Assembly (NCBI GenBank): GCA_039586795.1
Contig: JBDHJS010000012.1
Location: 1-64,000 of the forward strand
Length of the DNA stretch: 64,000 bases
Source: Gemmatimonadota bacterium
GTDB taxonomy: Bacteria > Gemmatimonadota > Gemmatimonadetes > Palauibacterales > KS3-K002
Direction of reading: 5' to 3'
The notes under the pieces were generated by a model, which was given only the letters and a program-made list of their open reading frames with translations, was not told where the DNA came from and did no database searches. The position numbers and the translations under genes are program-made. This document shows positions 27,696 through 37,705 of this stretch, piece by piece. Each line of letters starts with the position of its first letter. Position 1 is the first letter of the stretch.

Positions 27696-28916
27696 ATGCA
27701 GGGTTACATCTACCCCAATGAGTTCGAGCTCCATTGGAGCCTCCTCGTCGTGGTCTATCCGTACATAACGGGGCTGGTAGCCGGCGCCTTCATCCTGGCG
27801 TCGCTGGAGCGGGTCTTTAATGTCAAAGAAGTGCAGCCGACTTATCGCTTGGCCTTGCTGACGGCGCTCGCGTTTCTGCTCATCGCACCGCTTCCACTGT
27901 GGATCCATCTGGGCCACCCACTGCGATCGTACGAGATCTTCTTGACGCCGAACAAGCAATCGGCGATGGCGATGTTCGGGTTTGTGTACGCCTGGTACCT
28001 GATGGTCGTGTTGCTGCTCGAGATCTGGTTCGACTATCGGAAAGATCTGGTACTCTGGTATCGGAACGAAAAGGGATGGCGACGCTGGGTGCACTACGCG
28101 TTGACACTGGGCGCTACCGATCTTTCGGCGCGGGCCCTGAAGTTCGATGACAAGGCCGGGCGTTGGATCACGATCATTGGTATCCCGTCGGCGTTCCTGC
28201 TTCACGGCTATGTCGGGTTCATCTTCGGATCGATCAAGGCGAATCCATGGTGGAGCAGCGTCTTGATGCCCGTCGTGTTCCTGTTTTCGGCCATCGTTTC
28301 GGGCATCGCGCTGGTACTCGTCATCTACATGATCTCCTGCATGTTCCGTTGGAAGCCTGTGGATATGAAGGCCGTGAACAAGCTGGCGGCATTCCTGTTC
28401 TACGCGATGGTCGTCGACGTCTCGCTCGAGGCGCTCGACTTCATCCACAGACTTTACGAATCAGAAGAGTCGATCGAAATCCTGACTCGGCTGGTCGAGA
28501 GCCGGCTCTTCATAAGTCTGATCGTGCTTCAGCTAGTGATCGGGACCTTGATCCCGTTGATCACGTTAGGCCTGACAGCACCGGCACTGAGCAAGGAGCC
28601 AGTGCTCAAGGTGCCCGATGAACTCAAGCGCCTGCTATTCCTCGTCTGCGGAGTACTGGTACAGATCGGCATCTTTTCCATACGCTGGAATGTTGTGATC
28701 GGCGGTCAGCTGTTTTCCAAGAGCCTCCGCGGCCTGACCGTCTACAAGGCTGAGCTTTTGGGGATCGAAGGCCTGCTGATGGCAATGGCGATGTTGATAC
28801 TGCCTTTGATTGTCCTATGGGTACTGGTCAAGATTCTGCCTCCCTGGCCGGAAGCGGAAGCAGTGCTACCGGATGATGGCGGTGAGCATCCACATACCGC
28901 GGAGGTTAGTGGCTAA
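27696..28916 (+). CDS. NrfD/PsrC-family quinone-interacting membrane subunit
   Basis: WSLLVVVYPYITGLVAGAF; HLGHPLR; LHGYVGFIF; W.S.LMPVVFLFSAIVSG; RWNVVIGGQ. Confidence 0.92.
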   Translation: MQGYIYPNEFELHWSLLVVVYPYITGLVAGAFILASLERVFNVKEVQPTYRLALLTALAFLLIAPLPLWIHLGHPLRSYEIFLTPNKQSAMAMFGFVYAWYLMVVLLLEIWFDYRKDLVLWYRNEKGWRRWVHYALTLGATDLSARALKFDDKAGRWITIIGIPSAFLLHGYVGFIFGSIKANPWWSSVLMPVVFLFSAIVSGIALVLVIYMISCMFRWKPVDMKAVNKLAAFLFYAMVVDVSLEALDFIHRLYESEESIEILTRLVESRLFISLIVLQLVIGTLIPLITLGLTAPALSKEPVLKVPDELKRLLFLVCGVLVQIGIFSIRWNVVIGGQLFSKSLRGLTVYKAELLGIEGLLMAMAMLILPLIVLWVLVKILPPWPEAEAVLPDDGGEHPHTAEVSG

Positions 28917-28925
28917 CGCAACAGC

Positions 28926-29000
28926 CGCCTGCTTGACACGACTACTGCCCCCTGGGCATCGGCCCAGGGGGCAGTAGTCGTCTTGGCAAGCAGGCGTTTT
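28926..29000. terminator. Long hairpin between the convergent respiratory operons
   Basis: 20-bp perfect stem acgactactgccccctgggc/gcccagggggcagtagtcgt, plus an outer 10-bp stem cgcctgcttg/caagcaggcg, followed by tttt. Confidence 0.8.
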
Positions 29001-29001
29001 C

Positions 29002-30108
29002 CTAAACCGTGGGATCCGCTGTATACCCTAGATATGTCAGCACTATGATGTAGATGATCACGGCGATGACCATCCAGGTGAACCATCGGCTTCGCTCGCC
29101 ACGATCGGCGCGGCGGTCGATGAACGGTACGACGAACAGGGCGAGCCCGAGCAAACCGAAGGCAAGGATGCCGACAACCTCACCTTCGAACCACAGGATG
29201 TGAGCCGGCAGGTACTTCAGCGTCTGGAACATGAACATGAAGTACCATTCTGGCTTGATGCCGGCAGGCGCTGGGGCGAAGGGATCCGCTTTTTCACCGA
29301 GTTCTGCCGGGAAGTAGGCCGCAAGAGCGGCGAGTATCGCCAACGCGGTGAGCCAGCCGACCAGGTCCCGAAGCAGGAAGTTCGGGAAGAAAGGCATCTT
29401 CTCTTTCGATCCGCCCTCCTGCTCCACATCGAGTGGTTCGCTCATTCCCTGCTTCTGCACTAGGAACAGGTGGAGAAACAGTAGGAAAGTGACCATCATC
29501 GGCAAGACCGCCACGTGAATAGCGTAGAACCGCGTCAAAGTAGCGCCTGAGACGTCGCTGCCTCCGCGGAGCACCGTGGCGAGGAACGCGCCGGCGACTG
29601 GAACCGCCTCCATGATCTGTGTTCCAACGCGCGTCGCGAAATAGGCGAGCTCGTTCCAGGGCAACAAGTATCCGGTGAATCCAAAGGCCATCGAGATGCC
29701 GAGCAGCAGGACTCCCGACATCCAGGTCACCTCCCGCGGCCGGCGGTAGGCTTTCAGCAGCATAACGCTGAACAGGTGAAGGAACGCCGTGAAGATCATC
29801 AGGTTGGCCGACCAGTGATGGATCGAACGGATTAGCCAACCGAATTCTACCTCCGCCATTAGGAATTGAATGGACTCGTACGCGTCCTCGGCGCTCGGGC
29901 GGTAGTAGAAGAGCAAGAGAATCCCGGTCGCAACCTGTACGCAGAAGAGAAACAGGGTCATGCCGCCGAGATAATACCAGATCGTGTGCTTGTGGACAGG
30001 GACGTCCTTTTTCTTCGCCATCTGTCCGGCAACACTCAGGCTCAACCTGTCGTCGAGCCAGCGGTATAGGCTATCGAAATGTTCTCGGAGTTTCCCCATA
30101 TCAGGCAT
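29002..30108 (-). CDS. Cytochrome b of a Rieske/cytochrome b complex (canonical, fused b6 + subunit IV type)
   Basis: Four haem-b His (RSIHHW, FLHLF, AIHVA, FLHLF); GYLLPW; PFFP; PEWY Qo motif present. Confidence 0.93.
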   Translation of the reverse strand: MPDMGKLREHFDSLYRWLDDRLSLSVAGQMAKKKDVPVHKHTIWYYLGGMTLFLFCVQVATGILLLFYYRPSAEDAYESIQFLMAEVEFGWLIRSIHHWSANLMIFTAFLHLFSVMLLKAYRRPREVTWMSGVLLLGISMAFGFTGYLLPWNELAYFATRVGTQIMEAVPVAGAFLATVLRGGSDVSGATLTRFYAIHVAVLPMMVTFLLFLHLFLVQKQGMSEPLDVEQEGGSKEKMPFFPNFLLRDLVGWLTALAILAALAAYFPAELGEKADPFAPAPAGIKPEWYFMFMFQTLKYLPAHILWFEGEVVGILAFGLLGLALFVVPFIDRRADRGERSRWFTWMVIAVIIYIIVLTYLGYTADPTV

Positions 30109-30559
30109 CCCTGCTCACGACGATTTCGTCGGCGCGCTCGTTCACCACGAACACCTCGAGCGGCCCCGGCGGCGGACCCTGAACGACTCGGCCGTTCAGA
30201 TCGAAGTGACCGTTGTGACATGCGCACCAGACGCGGCTGAGATCATCTCGGTATTGAACGATGCACCCAAGGTGCGGGCAGGCGGCGGAAAAGGCGCGCA
30301 ACTCGCCGGATGGCGTGCGGACGAGAATGCCCGGCTGGCTGCCGAACCTGAAGATCTGCCCCGAATTCGGCGGGACGTCTTCGGGTCTTATGGAGAGCGT
30401 GACCGTTGCCGATGCTGACTCTCCCGCAGCAGGCGGAATAAGGTACCGTGTCACTGGATAGAGGACGGACAGCACGAGACCACCCAGACTGGTTCCGAGT
30501 AGCCAATTAATGAAGCCACGCCGGCTGTGCTGCCGCGTCGGTTGATTCCTTGAAGCCAT
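30101..30559 (-). CDS. Rieske [2Fe-2S] subunit (canonical)
   Basis: SRRGF Tat motif plus TM; CPHLGC and CACHNG boxes; GPPP. Confidence 0.93.
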   Translation of the reverse strand: MASRNQPTRQHSRRGFINWLLGTSLGGLVLSVLYPVTRYLIPPAAGESASATVTLSIRPEDVPPNSGQIFRFGSQPGILVRTPSGELRAFSAACPHLGCIVQYRDDLSRVWCACHNGHFDLNGRVVQGPPPGPLEVFVVNERADEIVVSRDA

Positions 30560-30562
30560 CGC

Positions 30563-31876
30563 TTACTCTCCCCCTCTCACACTCTGACCGGCGTCCAGCC
30601 GGGGCGTACTCTCCAACTGTTTGATCTTGAGCACCAGCCCTACGATAAGCAGCAGTATGACGCCTACCGATACGGCCAGTCCCATGCGGCGGAATTGCAG
30701 TTCCTCCAGCGCTCGCTGGCCCTGGGCATGAGCCTGAGATGTGGTCTCCAGCCCGGCCTCGACCTCTTCGGAAACCATATCGAGCGAAAAGCTGTGCACG
30801 GCCGTGCGTGCGCTAATCAGAGCGGTGCGCGCGTCGCCCAAGGCGAACAGAGCCTCGCTAACCTCCATGCCGGCGTTCTCTGCTCTGTCGAGTATCGAGT
30901 CGGCCGTCTCGAATGCCGTCACCAAGGAATCGATTTGGCTGCGCATCAGGGAGGCAACGGCGCCACCGGCGCTCGTCTCTGAGTGACACATTCGACAGGC
31001 AGCGCCCTCGGTGAGTCCCAAGAGTTCGTCGCCCGCCGGTTCGATGTCATGGTTCTCATGGCACGTCGCACAGCCAGGCCGCCCCATCATCGCGAAGATC
31101 GGCGAGTGAAAGCTTTCGGCAAACAGCTCGCTCATCACCGTGTGGCACTGTCCACACACGTTACCAACCCAGGAGATTCCAGGCGGCGCTGCTCCATGGT
31201 TGCCGTGACAGTCGTTGCACGTCGGTGCCGACAGGTCGCCTACTTCGGAAAGCATGCGCCAGTGGTAGCTCAGCTCGTACTTCTCACGCTGATCTGTCGG
31301 GATGCCGTAGGGCTCCATGTAGTCCGCATCCGAATGACACGAACCGCACGTTCCTGCGACATTCAACGGGTGTACGCTCGAGCTCGGATCGCCCGGAGGT
31401 TTTATCGAGTGTGCCGGATGGCAGCTTATGCAGGTGGCGACTTTTTGATCGCCGAACTGCGCGAGGCGGGTGCCGTGCACGGATGTTCGGTATTCAGCAA
31501 CCTGGTCGACGCGCAGCGAGGGATTGAACTGCCTCATGAACTGTGCATCGGAGTGGCAGCGACCACACACCAGTTCGACCTCATGAGGCTCCGGCACGCC
31601 GACATACCCACGCGCCGGGTCCATCGACGCCATGCTCATCATCGAGCCGTCGCCTCCGTGGCACGCCACGCAGCCGAAACTGGCGTCTGCATGAACGTCG
31701 TCCGCCAGCAGCTCCACCGGGTTGGAAAGCCTCTCGTCTCCGAGGGCGGCATGGCAAGTGATGCAGCTTTCTTCCTCCTGCTGCGCGAGTCCGGGCGAGG
31801 GCTGCGCGAGGAATGCAGCCATCAGAATCGCTGCAGAAACGAAGAGTCGAGTTGTTCTTATCACTGGTTCGATCAC
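30563..31876 (-). CDS. Nonahaem cytochrome c with a C-terminal membrane anchor
   Basis: Signal peptide; 9 CxxCH; helical stalk; C-terminal TM. Confidence 0.9.
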   Translation of the reverse strand: MIEPVIRTTRLFVSAAILMAAFLAQPSPGLAQQEEESCITCHAALGDERLSNPVELLADDVHADASFGCVACHGGDGSMMSMASMDPARGYVGVPEPHEVELVCGRCHSDAQFMRQFNPSLRVDQVAEYRTSVHGTRLAQFGDQKVATCISCHPAHSIKPPGDPSSSVHPLNVAGTCGSCHSDADYMEPYGIPTDQREKYELSYHWRMLSEVGDLSAPTCNDCHGNHGAAPPGISWVGNVCGQCHTVMSELFAESFHSPIFAMMGRPGCATCHENHDIEPAGDELLGLTEGAACRMCHSETSAGGAVASLMRSQIDSLVTAFETADSILDRAENAGMEVSEALFALGDARTALISARTAVHSFSLDMVSEEVEAGLETTSQAHAQGQRALEELQFRRMGLAVSVGVILLLIVGLVLKIKQLESTPRLDAGQSVRGGE

Positions 31877-33075
31877 CTCATCTGAAGGAAAGCCATTATG
31901 TCAGCGATCTCTTGGTCGCTCAGTCTCGGCCAGGACATAGCCTGGGTCATGACCTCGGTCTCCATCGGAAGCGAGTGGTTCCACAGCGACGCCAATACAG
32001 CCGCCGGCGAGTCGTGACCCACCACCTCTTCCAGATCGCTCGCTGTCGCACCGCCTCTACCCGCAAGCGAGTGACATGCTAGACATCCTTTGGTAGAGAG
32101 GAGACTGCGTCCGTCTTCGGCATCGCCCGCGTCCGCGAAGTATTGCACCGAGTAGAGATAGGCAACGATATCAGCCATCTCGCCGGACCCGAGACGCGGA
32201 ATCTCGATTCTCCTCGCGCTCATCACTTCAGCCATCGCTGGCGCCTTGTTCCACATCGCTGTGGCAAAATCGGTCAGGCCTTGGTATAGCCCCTTCGCGG
32301 CGAGGTCAGGTCCGACGTTTCCGCCAAATCCGGCGACGCTGTGACATTCGACGCAGCTCTTCTCGGTGAAGACGACTTCTCCCTCATCAGGATCGCCCGG
32401 TAGCACGTAGAGCGGACCCTGTAAGGGTTCAGGCGCAACAGATTCGAGATACGAGACGAGGTCGAGCAACTCGCTGCCCTGAAAGGTCGGACGGACGATA
32501 CCTCTCGACGCCATTAACTCCGACATAGCCGGTCCGTGATTCCATAGGGCCGCAGCAACGAGGATCGGAGAGCCGTATTGACTGAGATGATCGAGGCTTG
32601 GTCCAATCACACCGCCGTAGAGCCCGATCTGGTGACAGACCACGCATTGCTTCTCGGTGAAGAGCCTCTTGCCGGCCTCGACGTCGCCAGGCGGATCGAA
32701 GTAGTCTAGAGTGAAGAGGAACGCTGTGAGATCAGCAGCTTCACGGGGTGACATCGGTGACCGCTCGATTCCGTACTCCGTCATTCGTTGAGTCATGCCG
32801 GGAACATGGTTCCACATCGTGGCGGCCAATTCGTAGAACGATCCTGCTTGTGAGATGCCTCCCAGATCGGGCCCGACCGTGCCTCCCAATCCGTTGATCG
32901 AGTGACATTTCACGCATCCCTTCTCGCCGAAAACCCGCGAGCCAGCCAACGGGTTCTCCGCCATGTGCATATGTTCTTGGCCCAGTAATGTTCCGGGTAT
33001 TCCGCCAAGCATCGAAGCGACTGCCAACAGAAATAGTCGGCTACGGCATACGGACTGGAAACGATTACAGAACAT
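31873..33075 (-). CDS. Tetrahaem cytochrome c built from four class-I-like domains
   Basis: CVKCH, CVVCH, CVECH and CLACH, the first three followed by GPxL and all four by a WNHxPxM-like distal Met motif. Confidence 0.88.
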   Translation of the reverse strand: MFCNRFQSVCRSRLFLLAVASMLGGIPGTLLGQEHMHMAENPLAGSRVFGEKGCVKCHSINGLGGTVGPDLGGISQAGSFYELAATMWNHVPGMTQRMTEYGIERSPMSPREAADLTAFLFTLDYFDPPGDVEAGKRLFTEKQCVVCHQIGLYGGVIGPSLDHLSQYGSPILVAAALWNHGPAMSELMASRGIVRPTFQGSELLDLVSYLESVAPEPLQGPLYVLPGDPDEGEVVFTEKSCVECHSVAGFGGNVGPDLAAKGLYQGLTDFATAMWNKAPAMAEVMSARRIEIPRLGSGEMADIVAYLYSVQYFADAGDAEDGRSLLSTKGCLACHSLAGRGGATASDLEEVVGHDSPAAVLASLWNHSLPMETEVMTQAMSWPRLSDQEIADIMAFLQMR

Positions 33076-33156
33076 GATCTCCCTCTACCGTATTAGCTTC
33101 GAGTGCATAGGCGCATGCGGGGCCAAACTGATATTGTCTCCAGAAGGCGGCCCCTG

Positions 33157-35184
33157 TCAGTTCCCACCTAACGACGGAATGTCTCTATGGCAGAGCGCGC
33201 AGTCCGCTGGAGCGTTGTGTTCCACCATATCCGCATGGCATACCGTGCAGACCTGTCGCGACCATTCGGTGATCCACTCAGCCCGGTCCTGGTGACACAT
33301 GGTGCAACCGTTGTGCGCGATCGGCATGTGCTTTTCCTTGACGCCGCCGCGGTGGCAGGCGAGACAGTTGTTGTCCGGTTGATGATGTAGCGTGTGGCAT
33401 CCCTGGCACGGTAGCTCACCAGCGCCCATGCCTGGCGATTCGTGACAGAGAGCGCAGGCCAGGCCAGCATCGCGATGCAGCTGATGCGGGAAGTCGCCAA
33501 GATCGGTTGCCACAGGACGCGTTGGGGCGCCGCCGGGCCCGTCGTGACAGTCCGAGCAGTTGTCCGGCTGGGCCGCAGCATGGTGACACGTATTGCACGT
33601 GGCTCGCCCGGTGACGAACGTTTCGCCGTGATCTTCCAACGACGAGTGACAGGAAGAGCAGGGAAGCCCTGCGCGCTGTGTATGGTAGCTGTGGTTGAAC
33701 CGGGTCCCGGCAAAGGAAATGGACTGCGTACCGATCTCCACGTGGCACTGCAAGCATACGTTCCGCGATATGGGCGGGCCTAGCTGCAGGTCGGGTACCG
33801 AGTAGGGGAGGGGGCCTTCCTCCACAGCCTCCTCCACCAGGCCGACGGAGGCGCGCAGCAGCTCATCTGCGTAAGCGACGTTATGAGCGCCCTTGCCTCG
33901 CTCTACGAAGTCGATGTTCTCTTCCGCCAGCGTCAACAGGCTATCGACGGTCGCGCGGGTACGAACGGGTACGGCTCCCGTCGTGCTTCGCGCGCCGCTC
34001 ACCAGCGATGCGACTTGCTGGAGTTTTCGGTCGAGCTCACGTTGCCAGGCGGGCAAGATGTTGGCGTAGCGGATGCCATGGCATGACATGCAAGTCGCTT
34101 CGCCGGCGAGCTTTACCTCTTCATGACCCGGGACTTCTCCGGGCAATCCGTGGCAGCTCTGGCAGGAAACGCGGGCGAGGAACATGGAGCTGGGCATATC
34201 GTCGCTTCCGTGTCCGCCCATGCCGGCGTACATCTGCCTTTGTTCCTCATGTACGCGCTGATGACACGAGGCACAATCGAGTTCGAACGTCTCGGCAAGC
34301 GAGACCACGCGGTGCAATATGGGCTGGTGGCACTGGGTGCACTCTACGTTGTGCTCCGCGATGTGGATTCGATGCACTAAGGTCGTGTTCTCGAACTCCG
34401 CAATCCGCTCCGGCTCGTTATGGCAGTTGAAGCAGCGGCGCTGGCCGGCCTCTCCGGTGCCGCCGGTTACGTCCTCATGGCAACTGACGCAGGACACCAT
34501 CTCTTCAACATACGTCGGATGATCGACGACGAAGCCAGCCGGCGAGCGGAAGCGAGGCGGTGAATGGTGGCAGCCGGTGCAACCGGCGAGCGGCTCGCCT
34601 GCCGGGCGATCTTTGAAGTGACACAGGTAACACGTCACAGCCGTCACCCGAAGGTGAGCGGCGCCAATCTCGACGCCCTGGTAATCAACACCCTCGTTAC
34701 CCTGCACTATTTGTGAGTGACAACTGGTGCACCGAAGTCTCTTGCCGCGACGCAGCTCACCCAGGTGCTGCGTATGATCGAAGCCGATGCCTTGATAGTT
34801 AACCTGACCTTCCAGCGCGCGCTCCGTATGACAACCCGAACGCAGGCAAGCCGCGTCTTCGATTTCAGCCCACGGTTTCGTTCCGTAGGCGCCGGTAACG
34901 TATTTCACGACCTGGTTGGCGGCCTGCAGCTTGCCCATCGCCTCCGCTTTGATCCCGGGCGCGTAGTGACAGCTGATACACTTCACGTTGTTGTGCGACG
35001 AAGTGGCCCACGAATCATAGTAGGGCTGCATGAGGTGACAGTTGGTGCAGAAACTGGGCTGCGCACTGTACTCGATGAACCCTACAGTCGCCACGGCCAT
35101 CAGGATGACCCCGAGGATGGCGACCTGGATGCCGATCTTGATCGGCCGCGAAAATCGATTTAGAAAGCTTCCCACTAGCGTCAT
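33157..35184 (-). CDS. Large multihaem cytochrome c (21 CxxCH + 1 CX4CH) with a NapC/NirT-like N-terminus
   Basis: N-terminal TM, then FCTNCHLMQPYYDSWATSSH..V.CISCH; CLRSGCH; 22 haem motifs counted. Start moved to MTLVGS after GGAGG. Confidence 0.9.
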   Translation of the reverse strand: MTLVGSFLNRFSRPIKIGIQVAILGVILMAVATVGFIEYSAQPSFCTNCHLMQPYYDSWATSSHNNVKCISCHYAPGIKAEAMGKLQAANQVVKYVTGAYGTKPWAEIEDAACLRSGCHTERALEGQVNYQGIGFDHTQHLGELRRGKRLRCTSCHSQIVQGNEGVDYQGVEIGAAHLRVTAVTCYLCHFKDRPAGEPLAGCTGCHHSPPRFRSPAGFVVDHPTYVEEMVSCVSCHEDVTGGTGEAGQRRCFNCHNEPERIAEFENTTLVHRIHIAEHNVECTQCHQPILHRVVSLAETFELDCASCHQRVHEEQRQMYAGMGGHGSDDMPSSMFLARVSCQSCHGLPGEVPGHEEVKLAGEATCMSCHGIRYANILPAWQRELDRKLQQVASLVSGARSTTGAVPVRTRATVDSLLTLAEENIDFVERGKGAHNVAYADELLRASVGLVEEAVEEGPLPYSVPDLQLGPPISRNVCLQCHVEIGTQSISFAGTRFNHSYHTQRAGLPCSSCHSSLEDHGETFVTGRATCNTCHHAAAQPDNCSDCHDGPGGAPTRPVATDLGDFPHQLHRDAGLACALCHESPGMGAGELPCQGCHTLHHQPDNNCLACHRGGVKEKHMPIAHNGCTMCHQDRAEWITEWSRQVCTVCHADMVEHNAPADCALCHRDIPSLGGN

Positions 35185-35192
35185 GCCGGTTC

Positions 35193-36449
35193 CTACCTCC
35201 TCCTCTCGATCCCGCGCAGCTTGAACCAGGCCAGGGTGATGGCCGAAAGTGCCAGAAACCAAACGGGGACTAGCAGGAGTTTGTGCTCCCACTGATGCTC
35301 GGCCGCGACCTCAGCGGTAGCGCGAATGTCAGCCGATACCGAGGCGACTTGCCGTGTAAGATCTTCCAGTACCTCCAAGTCGAGGCTGTGCTGAGTCTGA
35401 GAGACCTGCAGATACGCTGATTGAGCCGAGTGGAGGCGAAGGCTCACATCATCTACGCGGTGGCCCGCTCCTCGAAGCTCAGAGATAGCCTCTTCCGCGC
35501 TGTGAAGTTCCTCAATCGCGCGTATCACTTGTTGTTGGATCTCTATGCCACCCAGTGCAGCCGGGCTGTCGGCATCGTGACAGACGGTGCACGTCGATGC
35601 GATTCTGTCCGGCGGTATGCGTTCGGTTCCGTGGTTAGAGTGGCATGCTGTGCAGCCTGGCAGCAAGCCGTTCCTGGCGGCGACTCCGTGAGGGCCAGCG
35701 TCGAGAGCCCGTCGTACTAGCACGTGGCAGTGCCCGCAAACATCGGTTATCTGATTTACGTTGGGCGGAAGAGCCGCGTGGGAGCCGTGGCATCCCGTGC
35801 AGGTCGGCGCTGCGAAGTTCAGCTTATCGTAGAGGGCCACGCCGTGGGCACTGCTACGGTGCGTTGAAATCTGGTCGATCCCCAGCCCGTATTCGCCCAT
35901 TAACGCAGCATCTTCATGACAATCGGAGCAAGTGTGCACGATATTCGTCGGGTAGACGTTGCTGCGCGCGTCGTTAGCCGGGAGAATCGTGTGCGCATCG
36001 TGGCAGTCGGTGCAGGTCGGTGCGTTGTTGTCTCCTTGATTGAGGAGCAGCATCCCATGTCGGCTCGTCCTGAACTCAGCTAGTTGATCCGCTGGCAACC
36101 CGTACTGCCTCATTTGATCAGGATCGGAGTGGCACTCCGAACACAGTTCAACCGTTCCCATCTTACCGGGGCTCCCAACGAAATCAGAACCGGTATGCGC
36201 AGTTGCCGTCTCTAAACCGCGGGGGTTTCCACCATGACAATCGTGACAGCGGATACCACGCTCCGAGTGAACGCCGAGCTGGAACGCCCTGCGTTTTTCC
36301 GTGTGACAGACGACGCAGCTGTACTCGGGGTCCACCGTCACGCCTTGCTGTAGTGGGGCGATCGAAAGATCCGACTGAGCGGCAGCGTCAGGCGCAACGC
36401 TGTAGCCCAGCAATAGCCCGACGGCCAGAATCCATCTGCGAGATCTCAC
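35193..36449 (-). CDS. Nonahaem cytochrome c with a C-terminal anchor (paralogue of 30563..31876)
   Basis: Signal peptide; 9 CxxCH with similar spacing; shared CHSD..MRQ and APTC motifs; C-terminal TM. Confidence 0.9.
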   Translation of the reverse strand: MRSRRWILAVGLLLGYSVAPDAAAQSDLSIAPLQQGVTVDPEYSCVVCHTEKRRAFQLGVHSERGIRCHDCHGGNPRGLETATAHTGSDFVGSPGKMGTVELCSECHSDPDQMRQYGLPADQLAEFRTSRHGMLLLNQGDNNAPTCTDCHDAHTILPANDARSNVYPTNIVHTCSDCHEDAALMGEYGLGIDQISTHRSSAHGVALYDKLNFAAPTCTGCHGSHAALPPNVNQITDVCGHCHVLVRRALDAGPHGVAARNGLLPGCTACHSNHGTERIPPDRIASTCTVCHDADSPAALGGIEIQQQVIRAIEELHSAEEAISELRGAGHRVDDVSLRLHSAQSAYLQVSQTQHSLDLEVLEDLTRQVASVSADIRATAEVAAEHQWEHKLLLVPVWFLALSAITLAWFKLRGIERRR

Positions 36450-37705
36450 TATTGGCCCTCCCCTCCGCTGGCGCCCTCGTCAGCTTCGATGGGTTCCGTT
36501 TCCGCCGACTCCTCCGGAGGGTTGAAGCGCTCGACCGCCTCGTCGAGCCGGAGGTGGCTGCTTGGAGGCACCGACTCGAGTTGTCGCCCTGCGAACCACA
36601 ATACGAGGAAGCCACCAAAATAGAGGATTCCCAACGCCAGGACGATTGGGCGCCGCCGCAGTCGTCGTTCGGGCTCTCGGTCAAACAGTGGCAGAAGCAT
36701 CATAGCTACTGCCAGCAACACGTAGCCCGAGAATCCCCACACGCCAAGATATCGGATCAGAGCGAGCGATACGTCGATCACCACCCAGGTGGAGACGAGT
36801 CTTTCCGGTAACACGAAGGGGTCCGCGGGGTCGCCGATCGGCCGCGGAAAGAGCGCCGCCAGGCTGAATGCCAACGCCAACGTCAGAGTTCCAACAATGA
36901 AGGCACGCAGCAGGTGATTGGGGTAGAACGGTCTTCCAAGTCTGGCATCGGACTCTGCTCCAGGAGGTGGCGTGATCCCGTGCCTTCTCAGCAGCGAGAA
37001 GTGAAAGAGCAGTAGAGCGAGCGCTGCCCACGGCAAAATGATGACATGCCAGGCGAAGAAGCGGCTAAGCGTCGCTCCGGATACGATTTCGTCCCCACGC
37101 AACACGGATGCGATGATGCTTAGCAACGGGATTCGCGACATCGTCTCCAGGACTTCGGTCGTGGTCCAGTACGACCACTGATCCCAAGGCAGTAGATACC
37201 CAGTCGCGCCAAAGGCGACGATCGCCAACAGCAACAATAGGCCCGCGACCCAGTTGGTTTCGCGGGGTGGCTTGTAGGCGCCGCTGAAGAACACGCGGGC
37301 CATGTGCGCGAGGGCTGCAACGACAAGTAGGTTAGCGGACCACACATGCAGACCGCGGACCAGCCACCCCAGCGGGACTTCAGTGGTGATGTACTGGATG
37401 CTTGGGTATGCCTCCTGTACCGACGGTCGGTAGTAGAACGATAGGAGTACGCCGGTGACGATCAGCACGATGAACAGCAAGTACGTGATGCCTCCCAGCG
37501 CGTGACGCCATCCGACGTGGGCAGGCAACCGACGGCTGAGGGACGAGCGCAGCGCCTGGTCGATCGGTGCTTGCCGATCGATCGGCCCATAAAGAAGGCC
37601 GAAAAACCGGCCCACGCCGAGCAGTCCGGGGTCGGTGCTGGACTTGATGTCTGCCCAGATCTGCGCCCACCACCTAGAGCGTGGTTTCTTCTCTTGATCG
37701 TTCAC
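36449..37705 (-). CDS. Second cytochrome b, lacking the PEWY motif
   Basis: Four His ligands kept (RGLHVW, LAHMAR, AWHVI, LFHFS); GYLLPWDQ; PFYP; PADPF followed by STWV instead of PEWY. Confidence 0.9.
   Translation of the reverse strand: MNDQEKKPRSRWWAQIWADIKSSTDPGLLGVGRFFGLLYGPIDRQAPIDQALRSSLSRRLPAHVGWRHALGGITYLLFIVLIVTGVLLSFYYRPSVQEAYPSIQYITTEVPLGWLVRGLHVWSANLLVVAALAHMARVFFSGAYKPPRETNWVAGLLLLLAIVAFGATGYLLPWDQWSYWTTTEVLETMSRIPLLSIIASVLRGDEIVSGATLSRFFAWHVIILPWAALALLLFHFSLLRRHGITPPPGAESDARLGRPFYPNHLLRAFIVGTLTLALAFSLAALFPRPIGDPADPFVLPERLVSTWVVIDVSLALIRYLGVWGFSGYVLLAVAMMLLPLFDREPERRLRRRPIVLALGILYFGGFLVLWFAGRQLESVPPSSHLRLDEAVERFNPPEESAETEPIEADEGASGGEGQ

Noticed and set aside
33111..33125. Internal sigma54 promoter before the tetrahaem gene
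   Set aside because: It has GG-N10-GC spacing but a poor match to GGCAC and TTGC, which is likely by chance at this GC content.
26138..36449. NrfA-, HAO- or OTR-type catalytic cytochrome
   Set aside because: No CxxCK motif or other catalytic signature seen; all appear to be electron-transfer proteins.
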